A DNA stretch of 60,160 nucleotides, the filler included, from Dimargaris cristalligena (lineage: Eukaryota): NCBI GenBank assembly GCA_003614675.1. It is 3 parts of 3 records of this genome, joined end to end, with 100 filler letters (N's around TTAATTAATTAA, not from the genome) between each part and the next. Parts side by side here need not be neighbours in the genome. Positions count along the whole stretch, not along the records: positions 1 to 20,050 come from ML002710.1; positions 20,151 to 40,107 come from ML002711.1; 1 more part is not named here. One strand, 5' to 3'. The notes under the pieces were generated by a model. It was not told the origin of the DNA, made no database searches, and saw only the letters and a list, made by a program, of their open reading frames with translations. Numbering within the stretch: position 1 is the first letter of the stretch; each line of letters opens with the position of its first letter. The position numbers were made by a program, and so were the translations under genes. Positions 13,601 through 21,826 of this stretch are shown here, piece by piece.

Positions 13601-16380
13601 GTCCAACTCTGCCCAGTTTCACTGAGTTGGAACCTTGCTCGTAGAATATCATGATGGTTAAGCAAGGCAACAAGAGCATCAGTGAGAGTGAAATGTGATA
13701 GTTGAAAGCGGTGGCTAACATTGAATAAAAATGACTGATTGAAGTGGCTAGGATTTTTAAAAGGAAGACCGGCAAACCAATGCTGAATGGGAGTGAGGCT
13801 CACATCCCCTTTGGCTTGGACTTGAGAATCTAAGCTATTATCAAGCATTGTGTTAGTTTCTTGCTGAAGGTACTGGGCTTGTTGACGTAGTCTAGGATAT
13901 TGGTAGACTAGAGGGACCGTAAACTGGTAGCCCAGCTGTTGGAACCTGGACACAAGTAGAATAGCTGAGATTGAATCACCGCCGATTTTGAAGAAATGGG
14001 CAGTAGCATTAATTTGACTTGCGTCCTTCTGCAAGACTTGGGCCCAGGCCTGCCGCAGGCCTCGCTCAATACCTGAGAGCGGTTGTTCCTCAAAATCTCT
14101 TGAGATCGGCTGGTTTAAAAGGTGGTCGATGGATGGGAGAGCCTTGCGGTCTAACTTGCCATTGGTAGTTAACTGAAATTCTGCCACTGGGATAATTATT
14201 TGAGGGACCATTTTCTTAGACAGGCGACTGGAAAAATGTTTTAAAAGAGCGGCTTGGTCTAGCTCCGCTGGACTGGTATATAGAACAAGGGTTTCCTGGA
14301 CTATCTTTGCCACAGAGTTGTTCAGTCCAGTGAAACTACCTGCCACATGCTCAATTTCCTCGAGCTCAATGCGATACCCATGCAACTTAACTTGATTGTC
14401 AATGCGACCTAGGAATTCAATTGTACCATTAGGAAGCCACCGAACACTATCACCGGACCGGTATATTTTTCCGGGGCCATAGGGATTGTCGATAAATTTG
14501 GCTTGCGTTAGTTTGGGTAGGTTTTGGTATCCACGGGCAAGCCCAATTCCCCCAATGAGCAACTCGCCCGGAACACCCACCGGCACCAACCGAAGCTTGT
14601 CGTTAACTACTAAATTGGTCACATTTGTAAGAGGGAGGCCGGTTGAAATATCGGCATCGGGGGTAATAACAGCCATGTTACTTGAGACAGTGGCTTCGGT
14701 TGGGCCATATCCATTGATTAGGGTACAATGCCTTGCCCATTGCGTACATAATTCGGCTGAGATGGGCTCTCCTGCAACCATTATAGTCTTCAGATTTAGA
14801 TAATCAGCAGGGTTCAGCCGAGACAGGAATGATGGGATTATTATTGCCGTATCAACACTCTGTAAGGACTCAACCAAATTTTCGGTGGGAACTACCACAG
14901 TGCCCCCAGTACAAAGGCCATGCAGCAGTTCCAGTACCAATCCATCAAATGCTACTGACATCATTAATAACGACCGGTGGCTGTTACGATACACTTCTTC
15001 AATCGTTGGATTCGTGATAAGGTTGGTTACGCTTTGTTGCTCAATCATTACACCCTTGGGGCGACCGGTGGTGCCGGAAGTGTAAACAATATAGGCAAGA
15101 TCGTGGTGGGCCGATGGGTGTGGTTGGAAATCAGATGGGTCCGAATCGGGTGGTGATAGAGTGAAAGGGTCTGTCACCAACACGGGAAAATGTGACTGGT
15201 GAGGTATATTACTACGGGTCGATTCAGTGGCAAGTAGTAATGACGCGCCACTATCGTCTAGGATGAACTGGATTCGGCCACTTGGATATTCCGGGTCTAT
15301 AGGTACATACGCTGCGCCGGATTTAAGTACCCCAAGTAAGGCTACGATGTAAGTGAATGACTTGGGAATGAATAGGGCAAACCGGGTCTCGGGCTGGGCA
15401 CCGTATTGCGTAACAAGGACTCGAGCAAGCTCGGAACTACAATTGTCCAGCTGGCGGTAGGTCCACTCATTGGGACCATGAGTGACGGCGATATTATGGG
15501 GCACTATTTTAGCCCGGCCACTGAAAATACAGTGCACAGGCTGATTCACGCACTGGATTGGGACATTCATGCGGGAAAAGGTCATTAGACGGCCTCGCTC
15601 CTGTTCGCTGACCCAGGGGACATCACGGATCAACATTGGCAGTCGACTGAGATCCTTCGTGGCCCACGCCCGAACCACCGCACTGAGAATCGTGTCAAAT
15701 TGGCTCGCAAACTCCTCTACGGCAGAGGCCCGATACGCACTGCGGGAATATGCAATATCCAGTTTAGCAAAGCCACCCACCACATTAAAGTCAATCAGCA
15801 GTCTAACCCCTACCGTGGTCAAAAGGGTAGGTAAAAACCACCCGGTGTTGTTGACGGTGGAATGGATAAAATTGCCAGGTACATTGCCAGATGACTCATT
15901 GGGTACAGTGGATTCATCACAGCGCAGAATTACCTCGGGAGGCGGCGGTGTTTCGGCGATGGTATCGGTAGGGTTAACACCAATTCCATTGAAGTCAATT
16001 GTTGGCCCGTAACACCCATCGCAGGAGCTAATCAACGAAGTGACCTGCACCTCAGGATCCACATTCAACACCGCCCAGGCCAACGGGGCATTAACGAGGG
16101 AAGTATCGCCGAGGGGTCCAGCGGTATAGCCAAATGCCACCTCCGATTGGTTGTAATACCGGCTTAGTAAAATGGCCAGAGTGGCCACGGCCAAATTGTT
16201 AAGGCCATATTCTGAACCAGGTTGAATTTCTTCCGATGAAAGCCGGTGACGATGGATTTCAATGCCCTGTTGGACTCGGTTGGGCTTGCCTAAAGGCAAC
16301 TTCACCTTGGGATAGCTCCCAGCGGGCACATAAGAGATTGGAGCCACGTCATTGGAGGTGAGGGTGGAATACGGTGCCAT
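4684..16380 (-). CDS. Intronless nonribosomal peptide synthetase, 3898 aa: partial C - A - T - E - C - degenerate (A-T-C) - A - T - thioester reductase (R)
   Basis: A1 has YTSGTTGRPKGV, NGYGPTE and NGKLDRK; T1 has FFKIGGDSI. E has TPIQHWF, HHILVDLVSW, EGHGRE, RTVGWFTSLYP and FNYFGQF; C has HHSLMDGWS. The last A has FTSGTTGLPKGV and NVYGPTE, then T FFNLGGHSIL. R has TGATGFLG, HNGALVHW and YDQSK. Confidence 0.95.
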   Translation of the reverse strand: MAPYSTLTSNDVAPISYVPAGSYPKVKLPLGKPNRVQQGIEIHRHRLSSEEIQPGSEYGLNNLAVATLAILLSRYYNQSEVAFGYTAGPLGDTSLVNAPLAWAVLNVDPEVQVTSLISSCDGCYGPTIDFNGIGVNPTDTIAETPPPPEVILRCDESTVPNESSGNVPGNFIHSTVNNTGWFLPTLLTTVGVRLLIDFNVVGGFAKLDIAYSRSAYRASAVEEFASQFDTILSAVVRAWATKDLSRLPMLIRDVPWVSEQERGRLMTFSRMNVPIQCVNQPVHCIFSGRAKIVPHNIAVTHGPNEWTYRQLDNCSSELARVLVTQYGAQPETRFALFIPKSFTYIVALLGVLKSGAAYVPIDPEYPSGRIQFILDDSGASLLLATESTRSNIPHQSHFPVLVTDPFTLSPPDSDPSDFQPHPSAHHDLAYIVYTSGTTGRPKGVMIEQQSVTNLITNPTIEEVYRNSHRSLLMMSVAFDGLVLELLHGLCTGGTVVVPTENLVESLQSVDTAIIIPSFLSRLNPADYLNLKTIMVAGEPISAELCTQWARHCTLINGYGPTEATVSSNMAVITPDADISTGLPLTNVTNLVVNDKLRLVPVGVPGELLIGGIGLARGYQNLPKLTQAKFIDNPYGPGKIYRSGDSVRWLPNGTIEFLGRIDNQVKLHGYRIELEEIEHVAGSFTGLNNSVAKIVQETLVLYTSPAELDQAALLKHFSSRLSKKMVPQIIIPVAEFQLTTNGKLDRKALPSIDHLLNQPISRDFEEQPLSGIERGLRQAWAQVLQKDASQINATAHFFKIGGDSISAILLVSRFQQLGYQFTVPLVYQYPRLRQQAQYLQQETNTMLDNSLDSQVQAKGDVSLTPIQHWFAGLPFKNPSHFNQSFLFNVSHRFQLSHFTLTDALVALLNHHDILRARFQLSETGQSWTQTIPTEVATSADLLVLEKTVDPDDYSAFILQIQSSLNLTTGPVVATALIHNPAEPLNTQLFFTIHHILVDLVSWRILIEDLNSLLLGKPLPPKTMSFQTWATQLADYSSTLSADIWPTQMDPNHPIPDIYSLLPPPEISIEDYPVARLSVSLDFDSKSTSILFFQLAPQWRVTPQDLLLATFAQAFSTTIGIDQISFCMEGHGREPWAADQNITRTVGWFTSLYPLVLQIQSGQSFLELLQYTKEALQKIPGKGFPYSIIKYMPGVQADEKHKLMAKTSSKMDVQFNYFGQFSNSSTHQGSDPLSIEWSDSFGLHDFSPQDYIIFDLNPMSAIVGDSLRLITEYNPRVYHQDIISRIMARWHQNLGELTSLGVQSGNIISEPLLTKYDFPHLSLSDTGFQTVLAQIHQRGIPLAQVEDIFPCIAVQGGLLMNLSSDPSMYLVQMAMKLTGQLDCDQLIQAWASVANQHSPLRTVFIESPSTLSQGFLQVVLSSLPTSWTIAVQPLDSLEAFFIENRQQGFTLQEHMVRNFVFPTADSQVYDIIITIHHSLMDGWSLPLLLQQWMVAYHNPKLAVSPPPTSFTAVVRYICQSDPTLAQAFWTDYLHNAKATPAPLLYPDYIGSPGHASYSTPLNISKAQLLQTTQTLGISIATLFRAAYALVLGRLLSQDDVTFGVILSGRNLNILAMDQVIGPCTNTVPCQVHLDKSHIRIWLQSLHKDQVNMIPFEHSQLTDIIQWNGLAQSGPLFHTLLGFENFPDLTSNQFSDLTLSDIYIHELTQYPLAINFVDQPSSIQVRVSYSTAVYSETSIAQLVDMVQVILEQILICDPQTTIDQLTLTIPAVYPPTMNPRQTICNPTSTLASLPLYQIWECITNKHPGHPVLQSDEHVLSVGQLNHLVDSLVYSTANSTIACPLTILAFVNDISQLSVCLVAAIKLDVLLTIHPYTRSLKQINTSLETIEPQTVWLPAFFSNTYLAYLPHNTNIIKIPSWNTNSPSTNLEPIQPYNSQYNNPNISLQFISDWSLTGPTITAITCTQITHAVIQAKSYFNSRHECSFDPLLDIGSPEVSWLILSCLLYNVTIKPAGEYTLPNANPVNCYATSSNLLTQEPQHNDQLLLVNLAKLLTSSISPQINTSCLYLVYNGSVFDGFCSVTSSQLATFTFPTADSSLGGIPLVVLDYQGHPCPPGVLGYLVFTNTCNFSLPQKVGGLGLGYYNSDNQIHILGSESQRVNFQGQQVHLGILEQVLLQVGAIHPQALVLSNEKLVVVVDYTSKEELAKLQATVVPPIVPQVLIPNALISTKSFPHVANYSDQAGYNICKFVQAYLTCLSLQYPKVLSETEWWLIVLVNEMYLSQNLNNPSITQIHESISGLTLGQFEKLKFCIYQKYGIEVAICDLVNHNNLKTLALVITKLVDNSKINQIQEHIIINNQYTFLPHISSPPVTNYQQYIWSLSRFTDAERDFYHHCTLTLVEPISISKVQMAVDQLVSQFEALHCSYTSHNGILACHILPEVQLKVIEQVIPGPLENIDLDFNSEQIHLNLQQGILLQVTLYQVSQTSEGEIKSAINFCVHEIAGDSGFFKYLTQLFLQGIQGHKLDTVDPLPVKPYIHKNLPSKTDTNYWCSLLCNATTKLALPTDDSQPNTTAFQCSVVETKLESKLDMMVSDLATHKSVCKSIIWLSTFVAFLLRLTGQEDLVVNFEAHIDDLNKSLTSSTNLTNTSYPVRFTGNLPDNILELVNVLFQQCQVSATHITPANGVLGAKLGLRPLSRFTSIARVGVLLISSISYSYPPGVQAVHPKQPQTLFPYDLQLVINYQYPVAQLQLWYNPDIFKYQTAERLLHNFYSYIKSVLALGQSILTAPLVCPAEAQFILKEFSRGPVNSTILKNPNLNVVDMFFNAVQQYPNHIATEFAGQTQTYTEIAHNIQGLASYLQQLPINPGDRVAVIVADHPHTILAMLAIWSVGATYVPVDSKLPYSRQKYIMETAQCSHIVNATKSTTEWPSAISLTDSAIGTHQPINYSSVYPIQPIDLAYIIFTSGTTGLPKGVMVQHNSLANNISNNSFKELWKPGQRVLSGVPSGFDAYFFAALSTIVNGAILVFYEDTFLSVLPVVECAVFTASTLSLIEPHHCPRLKAIVCGAERLSSELAAKWTPFVSLYNVYGPTETTIISLCSLVPSTGPVTIGRPIANYECYILDSHLHLVPIGAVGKIYIGGIGVSRGYITQPNLNAEKFFDNPFTGQGKLYYTGDLGRWLPTGQVDCLGRIDNQIKIRGFRVELDEIDSNILHYPQIRACVTVLQKNNSSDDILVSYIVPEFIGPFQVPGNMVSGIPVIISDDMCLGGDFVGLGSKIKEHLKQVLPRYSVPSIFILLTHLPMNSNQKVDKSALPWHQEVLITKKLGPDGLVTGDNGTATDEPNLIANYSPTQASLCKIWQQVLGEDSVIPLHSNFFNLGGHSILATRMTIQVQNIFGASIPHNLVFRQPTIYGMALEIDQLIQTNMQTIPSTPTLVMPEQLAIAQESFQNSPNTSSTLDLNFDNHPTTYSMDFDDLVHQLPPLLKDHSDNWLTIFPDEAWPGDAPVFFLTGATGFLGTFILATLLSHYPSATVHCLVRAQSSKQAFERIKTSCMGRLVWQSKWDIIESETTDSINTEPNRNQAIGYGSQQVRAIVGDLAQPHLGIAEAEWVSLTRVVDVIIHNGALVHWMYPYEKFRGPNVLGTLAALELATTHHIKSLHYISTLSVFTKDNLTQSILDTGIPESDDLERSRFNISAGYDQSKWVADKLIQEAHIRGYPCTIIRPGFIVGASESGVVNTDDFLWRLVKGSIQLGKAPIMDCTVNMCPVDYVAEILVRIVSEPKALTTGTFHVNAPAPFSYNDVFDQLRVYGFTLEIIDYPIWCKHLKAAAQKPDDNALYSLLMFVLDNLPEMMNFPTINASHTQVLCRPNGLHRLPMSHLMNRYLSYMVSSGFLEQPPS

Positions 16381-19300
16381 GGCTGATTAAGGGAATACGA
16401 TAAATCGGCTTTTTAATTGGTACTCGTACTGAGGTTGGACAGGGTGCGTATGGATTTAGCCGTTTTGGAATACTGGTAAAAATGAGGGGTTTGATTAGTT
16501 TGATTAACTATGCCCCGACGGTAGAAGATGTTCGTGGTTTTTATACTGAAGGTGCTAATTATTAGACCGTGGTGGTGATAAAAATGACATCTGATCAGAC
16601 CCATTAGTCAATAAAGGTCGCTTGAGTATTGTCTATAGGTTTCCATTGACGGATGTATATAACCGGTTTTTAAGGTATGCGGGCCAGGGAACCTGTTTTG
16701 TCCGGTTTTATTTGCATACGAGAAACAGGCGCGGTATTTTTTTTTTTCAACTATCAATCACGCTATTTCGCCCCATATCTAATAGAAACGCGTATTACAT
16801 CCAAGGCAATACGCAAATACTTACAACTATTAATATCATAGGCAGTTTATCCCCGAACCGACTCAATAAACCCCGCCTTACTTATAACCGGTCATTTCGT
16901 GTTTTTATCGCACACATGACAATTACGTATCAACTGGATCCGCCTCAATATCTATATTTTTCTCAGTGTTCAAAAGCATACCCCATATGGTCCACATGCA
17001 GCACTATATACCCGATTATGAACTCACCCAAATGAAACATTACGCTTTTGCCGAACGCCTTGGTATTTTATTTTTTTCATTTTTCATTATATAGCGGATT
17101 AATCTTCCGTGAAATAATGTGTATACTAAACTTACCTATTGACGAGGGGCTCTCGTAGAGATTGGCCATGTGGGCTCCATCTAGTAGTTAACCTACTATC
17201 TATTTGATATGATATGATCCGTAATATTACGATTTCCCTCGGATATTACTAAATCGATAATTACAAGGATATAAGTAAAGATTACCCAATCTAATTATCA
17301 TGATTAGACCATCAAGAACAGCGTCTTGGCACTAATCCTGCTTCTGTAGTGCCACATTATAATTTTTTTTCTCTGTTTCACATTGCTTTACGTATATTCA
17401 AGATTTTTGATGTGAGGGTATTTAGACAGGAAGTATTTTTGCTTTCTCAGTCGTGCGCATTATTGGATTTTTTAATACAAGGCTATCCATGCATATATTT
17501 TCTTCAATTGCCGATAGCAGTAATTTATGCACGCAGTGTAGAGAATATTCAGTAATGCCGCTGAAAAAGCCGATATAGCCTTCTGCATACGACCCGTTGG
17601 TAACGAATACCAAGCCGACCCTCACCACAACGTAATGCAATGTTAATCTGACTGTGTCGGCGGTCGTATGGTACACAACGTAATGTACTTCCTCTACGCA
17701 TGGGAAATAATCATGGGGCTTTCAGCACCCGTGTTGGTATCGAGATTGGGTTAAACCCTGCTTCCGCCGAATAGTGCTGCCTTGCCATAGCTACTTGAGG
17801 TCACAATGCCCCTACTCCACCAGATCCCCAAGTGCGCTCCAGATGGTGGATTCTTCTTTCGAAATACATATGCAGCTAATAGACGCCTCTTTTCCTATAC
17901 AATAGATGCCTAATTATTCAATTAGCCCGACTTATCACCGACCTATTTCACTAAGGGTTCCGTCCGGTCTTTCTGAGCAACAATAGCCGAGGGTTTCTAT
18001 CTGTCCACCTGGGCTGTATTCCTTTGAGGTCCTGGGCGGACATATCTTCTTTTCAGCCAGTTCAGCTTCGCCAGTTGCTTTGTCGATCAGTACTGGATGC
18101 CATCTATGCTTGTCAGCGTGGCCGCCTCTGGGATACTCTATTCTAATGGGAGCTACTTTAATAATATATCGGATCTGAAAGTTGGCTTTATAGTTCAAAT
18201 TATATCGAGGGGATTAGATCTCCTGAATATACAGCACTCTGATTTATATTTACCTGGAGTCGTCAATACATAGGTATCTAACACATAGATTTAAATCGGT
18301 AACAAGTGTTGAAAAACATGTCCCGACGGGGCTTTGATTCTATCCTGTTTCCACCAATTACGTTAGTTTATTTAGTCAATTTTTGACCACTCGTTTTAAC
18401 CACTTATATTTTGCCCTACTGATTATACTGTTCAATAAAACTAACCACCTAGAGGTACCCACATTGTCCTCTAACTGTTTTCTCCCTTTACTACCAGTTT
18501 TATTACTTCATCTTTGAATTCCAACAACCGGGTCTTAACAATACTACAGGGCATAAGTTATTTATGGTATATATAAGATAAAACTACTTCAATCAACGCC
18601 AACACGAAAAAAGCATGGTTTGGCTGGTTTTCGCTAAATTAGTCACCGCCAAGAAGTATCCACTGCTGGCATTCTTGATAAACTAGCTCATTATCCAAAG
18701 GATTTCTACCATTCGGTTGATTTATTCCATAGCAGAGCCTCAACACCACCTTTCGGTTCGTTGATTTTATTAAATATATATTGCTGGGCTTTATTTTATC
18801 GATATCAGTGTTATTTCACCAAGGGAACCTGCAATTAATTGTAACAAGCCCACTATTATATTGTAACGTTTATAAAAGCCTTATTAGTATACCAAATAAT
18901 ATGTATCGAATAGAACAGAAAGGGAATCTCCCAGATCCATGGAGGGGAGCGGGGGGCGAGGTATAAGTACCCCGCCAGCCCTAGGCCAAGTACTATAGTT
19001 ATACTCTGGGTTATTCCTATTGGCCGATATAGTGTATTCCCTATATGGAAGGGTCTGCCACTTGATAACCCAGTGCCTGCTGAGGATGGTCAACATGACC
19101 GTAATAATATAATGAATGATACCATAGATTCACACACCTACTGGTAGAACTTCTCTTCTGATGACATCTAGATTACTGCCAATATATCTTGGAATAATCA
19201 TATTCCTTGCTCCCTTTGCATTACTGGTTTTGACATTTTGGGGGGACTTACATATAAGGGATATCAAAAGGGAGAAAGGCGACTTTTATGGTTTTCTGAC

Positions 19301-20050
19301 CCAGAGGCTTACATGTGTCAGGTATAAATTAAGTTAGACATTGTGTTGGAATGATAAATTCAATGGTAAATGCAAGTACCTTTAGATACAGCTAAAATAA
19401 TTCAAAGAAGAGAGAAAGAACCACAAGAGGCAGAGCTAGATGTCTATGGTTGGTTTTATTAGGTTGGAAATAGCAGTAATCAATATTAGGATGAAGTCCC
19501 AAGTATAGGATAATATAATCATAGATATGATATAGTCCCAAGTTTAGGATGAGTTAATCAGAAAGATGGACTTGGTGGGATGGGGGAAATAAATTTCTAA
19601 CACATTAGTCATCAATAATTTGGTTGAGATGACCATATGGAGGTGTATGGTACCTAGCATGGTAGGCATCTTCCAAAGTCAATTTGGAAGAATCTGAATT
19701 ATGGGTATAAAGAGTAAATAGCTGTATAATTTAGCCATTATAAAGCTGGCTTCCAAAAAATAATAGCAGTATCAGACTATCTAATCCTCCTTAATCTGGA
19801 CAGCATAGTGTCCATCCCTATTAGGCCTTATAGTACCATATTAACCTTCCTATGGTCACCCCCAGTACTATAGGACCACCCCATATCATATAACCCTTCC
19901 CCTTCTGGACTCAGTCTCTTTGCACTAATCACTTAAGTGCTGATCTGAAGACTCTTCCAGTTACCATCTGTGGTGAACTTACCACATTTTTTACCTACTT
20001 TTATTTTTTATCTATTTTTCGCACTTATCGGAAGTATGCCCCTGACGAGT

Positions 20051-20150
20051 NNNNNNNNNNNNNNNNNNNNNNNNNNNNNNNNNNNNNNNNNNNNTTAATT
20101 AATTAANNNNNNNNNNNNNNNNNNNNNNNNNNNNNNNNNNNNNNNNNNNN
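20051..20150. other. Artificial contig linker (N44-TTAATTAATTAA-N44)
   Basis: N runs flank a six-frame stop linker. An identical linker lies at 40108-40207. Confidence 0.99.
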
Positions 20151-20282
20151 AAAACTTTATACTGTTGATTTTATTAATATTTTCATTTGAGTGACAAACC
20201 AGTTCGCCTGGAGAAGCCACCCTGCCCTTTTGATATATTTTTGTTGTTCATTTTAGTGGCCTGACACCACCACTCTGTGACA
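20151..20282. mobile_element. Probable LTR terminus of a second retroelement inserted into pol
   Basis: RT homology stops abruptly after ..AHLPWAA. The adjoining AT-richer sequence begins TGTCACAG on the minus strand (plus strand ..CTGTGACA ending at 20282), which is a typical LTR terminus. It is truncated by the contig end. Confidence 0.55.
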
Positions 20283-21826
20283 GCGGCCCAGGGAAGATGT
20301 GCAGAGATGGCGTTGACTCCACCAGTCAGTCGCTGTATTTCCTTTACAGTCCTAGGCATCGGTAACTGCTGGAGGTCTGCAATACGGTGGTCTGGAATGG
20401 TCCAGGTGTTCCCTTGTGTCCATCGGTAGCCAAGGATTTCCATGTTAGAGGTACCAGCAAATTCGCTCTTAGACATATTTATGGTAAGGCCCCAGGTGGC
20501 TAGCCCTCTTATAAGTATGCCAATATCTTGGATGTGGTTATTGATATTGCCGCTAGTACTCTTTAGGTAGATATTATCAATGTACCCTAGGAGGCGGCCA
20601 TGAAGACTGGGGATATCATTGAATACATGGAGGAGGAGGGCATGTGCAATAGCGGGGCTTTGGCTGTTACCCTGTACTAAGCGGGTTGCTCGTACTCGGC
20701 CATTGGGTCCTCCATCGAAAGTCCAAAAATCTCGAACTTCTGGGGCAAGCCTGATCTGGGTAAAGTAAGAAGCCAGGTCTATACTAGTGATAATCTTAGC
20801 ATCGTTGATAAATGCACGGACTTCATGGAGTCTAGGGAGCTGCATCCCAAGTGAGTGCATATTAATAGTGCTCCCTTGGCTATCATCAAGAATGACTTGC
20901 CGGGCATCCGTATTTGGCTTGGGTAAGCTGTATACTGGAAGGTTAGCATGGGCAAACCCTGGCTCATCAACTCCATATTGGAGGCGAGTTTTGATGTACT
21001 TCGCCATGAATTCCCGATCGGCCTGACTCCGGGGGGCCTGGGGTATGTACAGAAGTTTTGCATCATGCCGTAGTGGTGGTACCACTGGGGTGAGTAAGCA
21101 GGGTGGTGGACAACTTGGTGGGTATTCTCGGAGGGCTGATGCTCCAGCCATTAGTTCATCCAGTAGCCGTTTCTGAGTAATTTGGCATGTCAATTGTTCC
21201 ACTAGACGGGACTGTACACTTTGACGAGTAGGTAAAGGGTACTGGTCATTTGCCTTCCTGAACTCTTGGTCGGCTATAGGGTCAATCCGCCTGAAGGTTT
21301 CTGCCGGTAGGCCCCTTAGCTCCAGGGTTTCTCGCTGGGTGATTCTGGGCTGCTCTGGGTGGATCACTGGGGGGCAGGCTGGTGGAGCGGCCATTAGCTC
21401 AGGTGAGAGGCGAAGGTCAAGATCTAGGCTATCTAAGTCCTGGCGGCCAATCAGGGCATCAATTTCGGTGTTAGCCTCAATCACCGTAAATTTAATCCAT
21501 CGCTTTCTGGGGGACTCTGATGTGGCAAATCGTGCTCGGGTAGTGCCCAGGGTTGGGGCATAGTGAGGCCCTCCAAAGGCTCGCAAGTGGGGTCTGAGCT
21601 GCTGGTCAATCTTGAGATGTAAGCGGGTGGCAGTATCTCGGGTGATTACACTGGTGGCTGCTCCTTGATCGGCTGCTGCTTTAATCGGAACTCCACCTAA
21701 GGTGGCATTATGAAGTAATCTCCAGTGGGGGGTTATGTCTTCGGTGGTAGGGGGGTCAATACTAGGTTTATTGGAGGTGATAGCAGCTAGTATGAGGGGA
21801 GTCCTTACCACCTCTAGGCTTTTCCC
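20283..21826 (-). CDS. pol: Ty3/gypsy-type pol (aspartic protease + reverse transcriptase), -1 frame relative to gag, 3'-truncated
   Basis: Protease motifs AAADQGAATSVI and DALIGRQDL; RT motifs LPRLHEV, SIDLASYFTQI, RLVQGNSQSPA, YIDN, INMSKSEF, ILGY and PRTVKEIQRLTG. Protease directly followed by RT is the gypsy order. No RNase H or integrase is present. Confidence 0.88.
21759..21826 (-). promoter_or_regulatory. -1 programmed ribosomal frameshift signal (G GGA AAA + H-type pseudoknot)
   Basis: Minus strand reads ccG GGA AAA gcc TAG. Stem 1 is GAGGTGGTA/TATCACCTC and stem 2 is ATACTAG/CTAGTAT. Confidence 0.8.

Noticed and set aside
16413-18966. Short ORFs upstream of the NRPS as possible cluster tailoring genes
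   Set aside because: No recognisable domains or consistent splice model; no biosynthetic cluster is evident around the NRPS.
19413-19428. 16-bp reverse-complement match to ~59801-59816 (TCTTGTGGTTCTTTCT)
   Set aside because: Flanking similarity is weak in low-complexity AT-rich DNA; probably chance.
20051-20150. TTAATTAATTAA palindrome as a biological site; apparent NRPS-retrotransposon adjacency
   Set aside because: It is an artificial linker. Contig lengths 20050, 19957 and 19953 look size-sorted, so neighbours across linkers are not linked.
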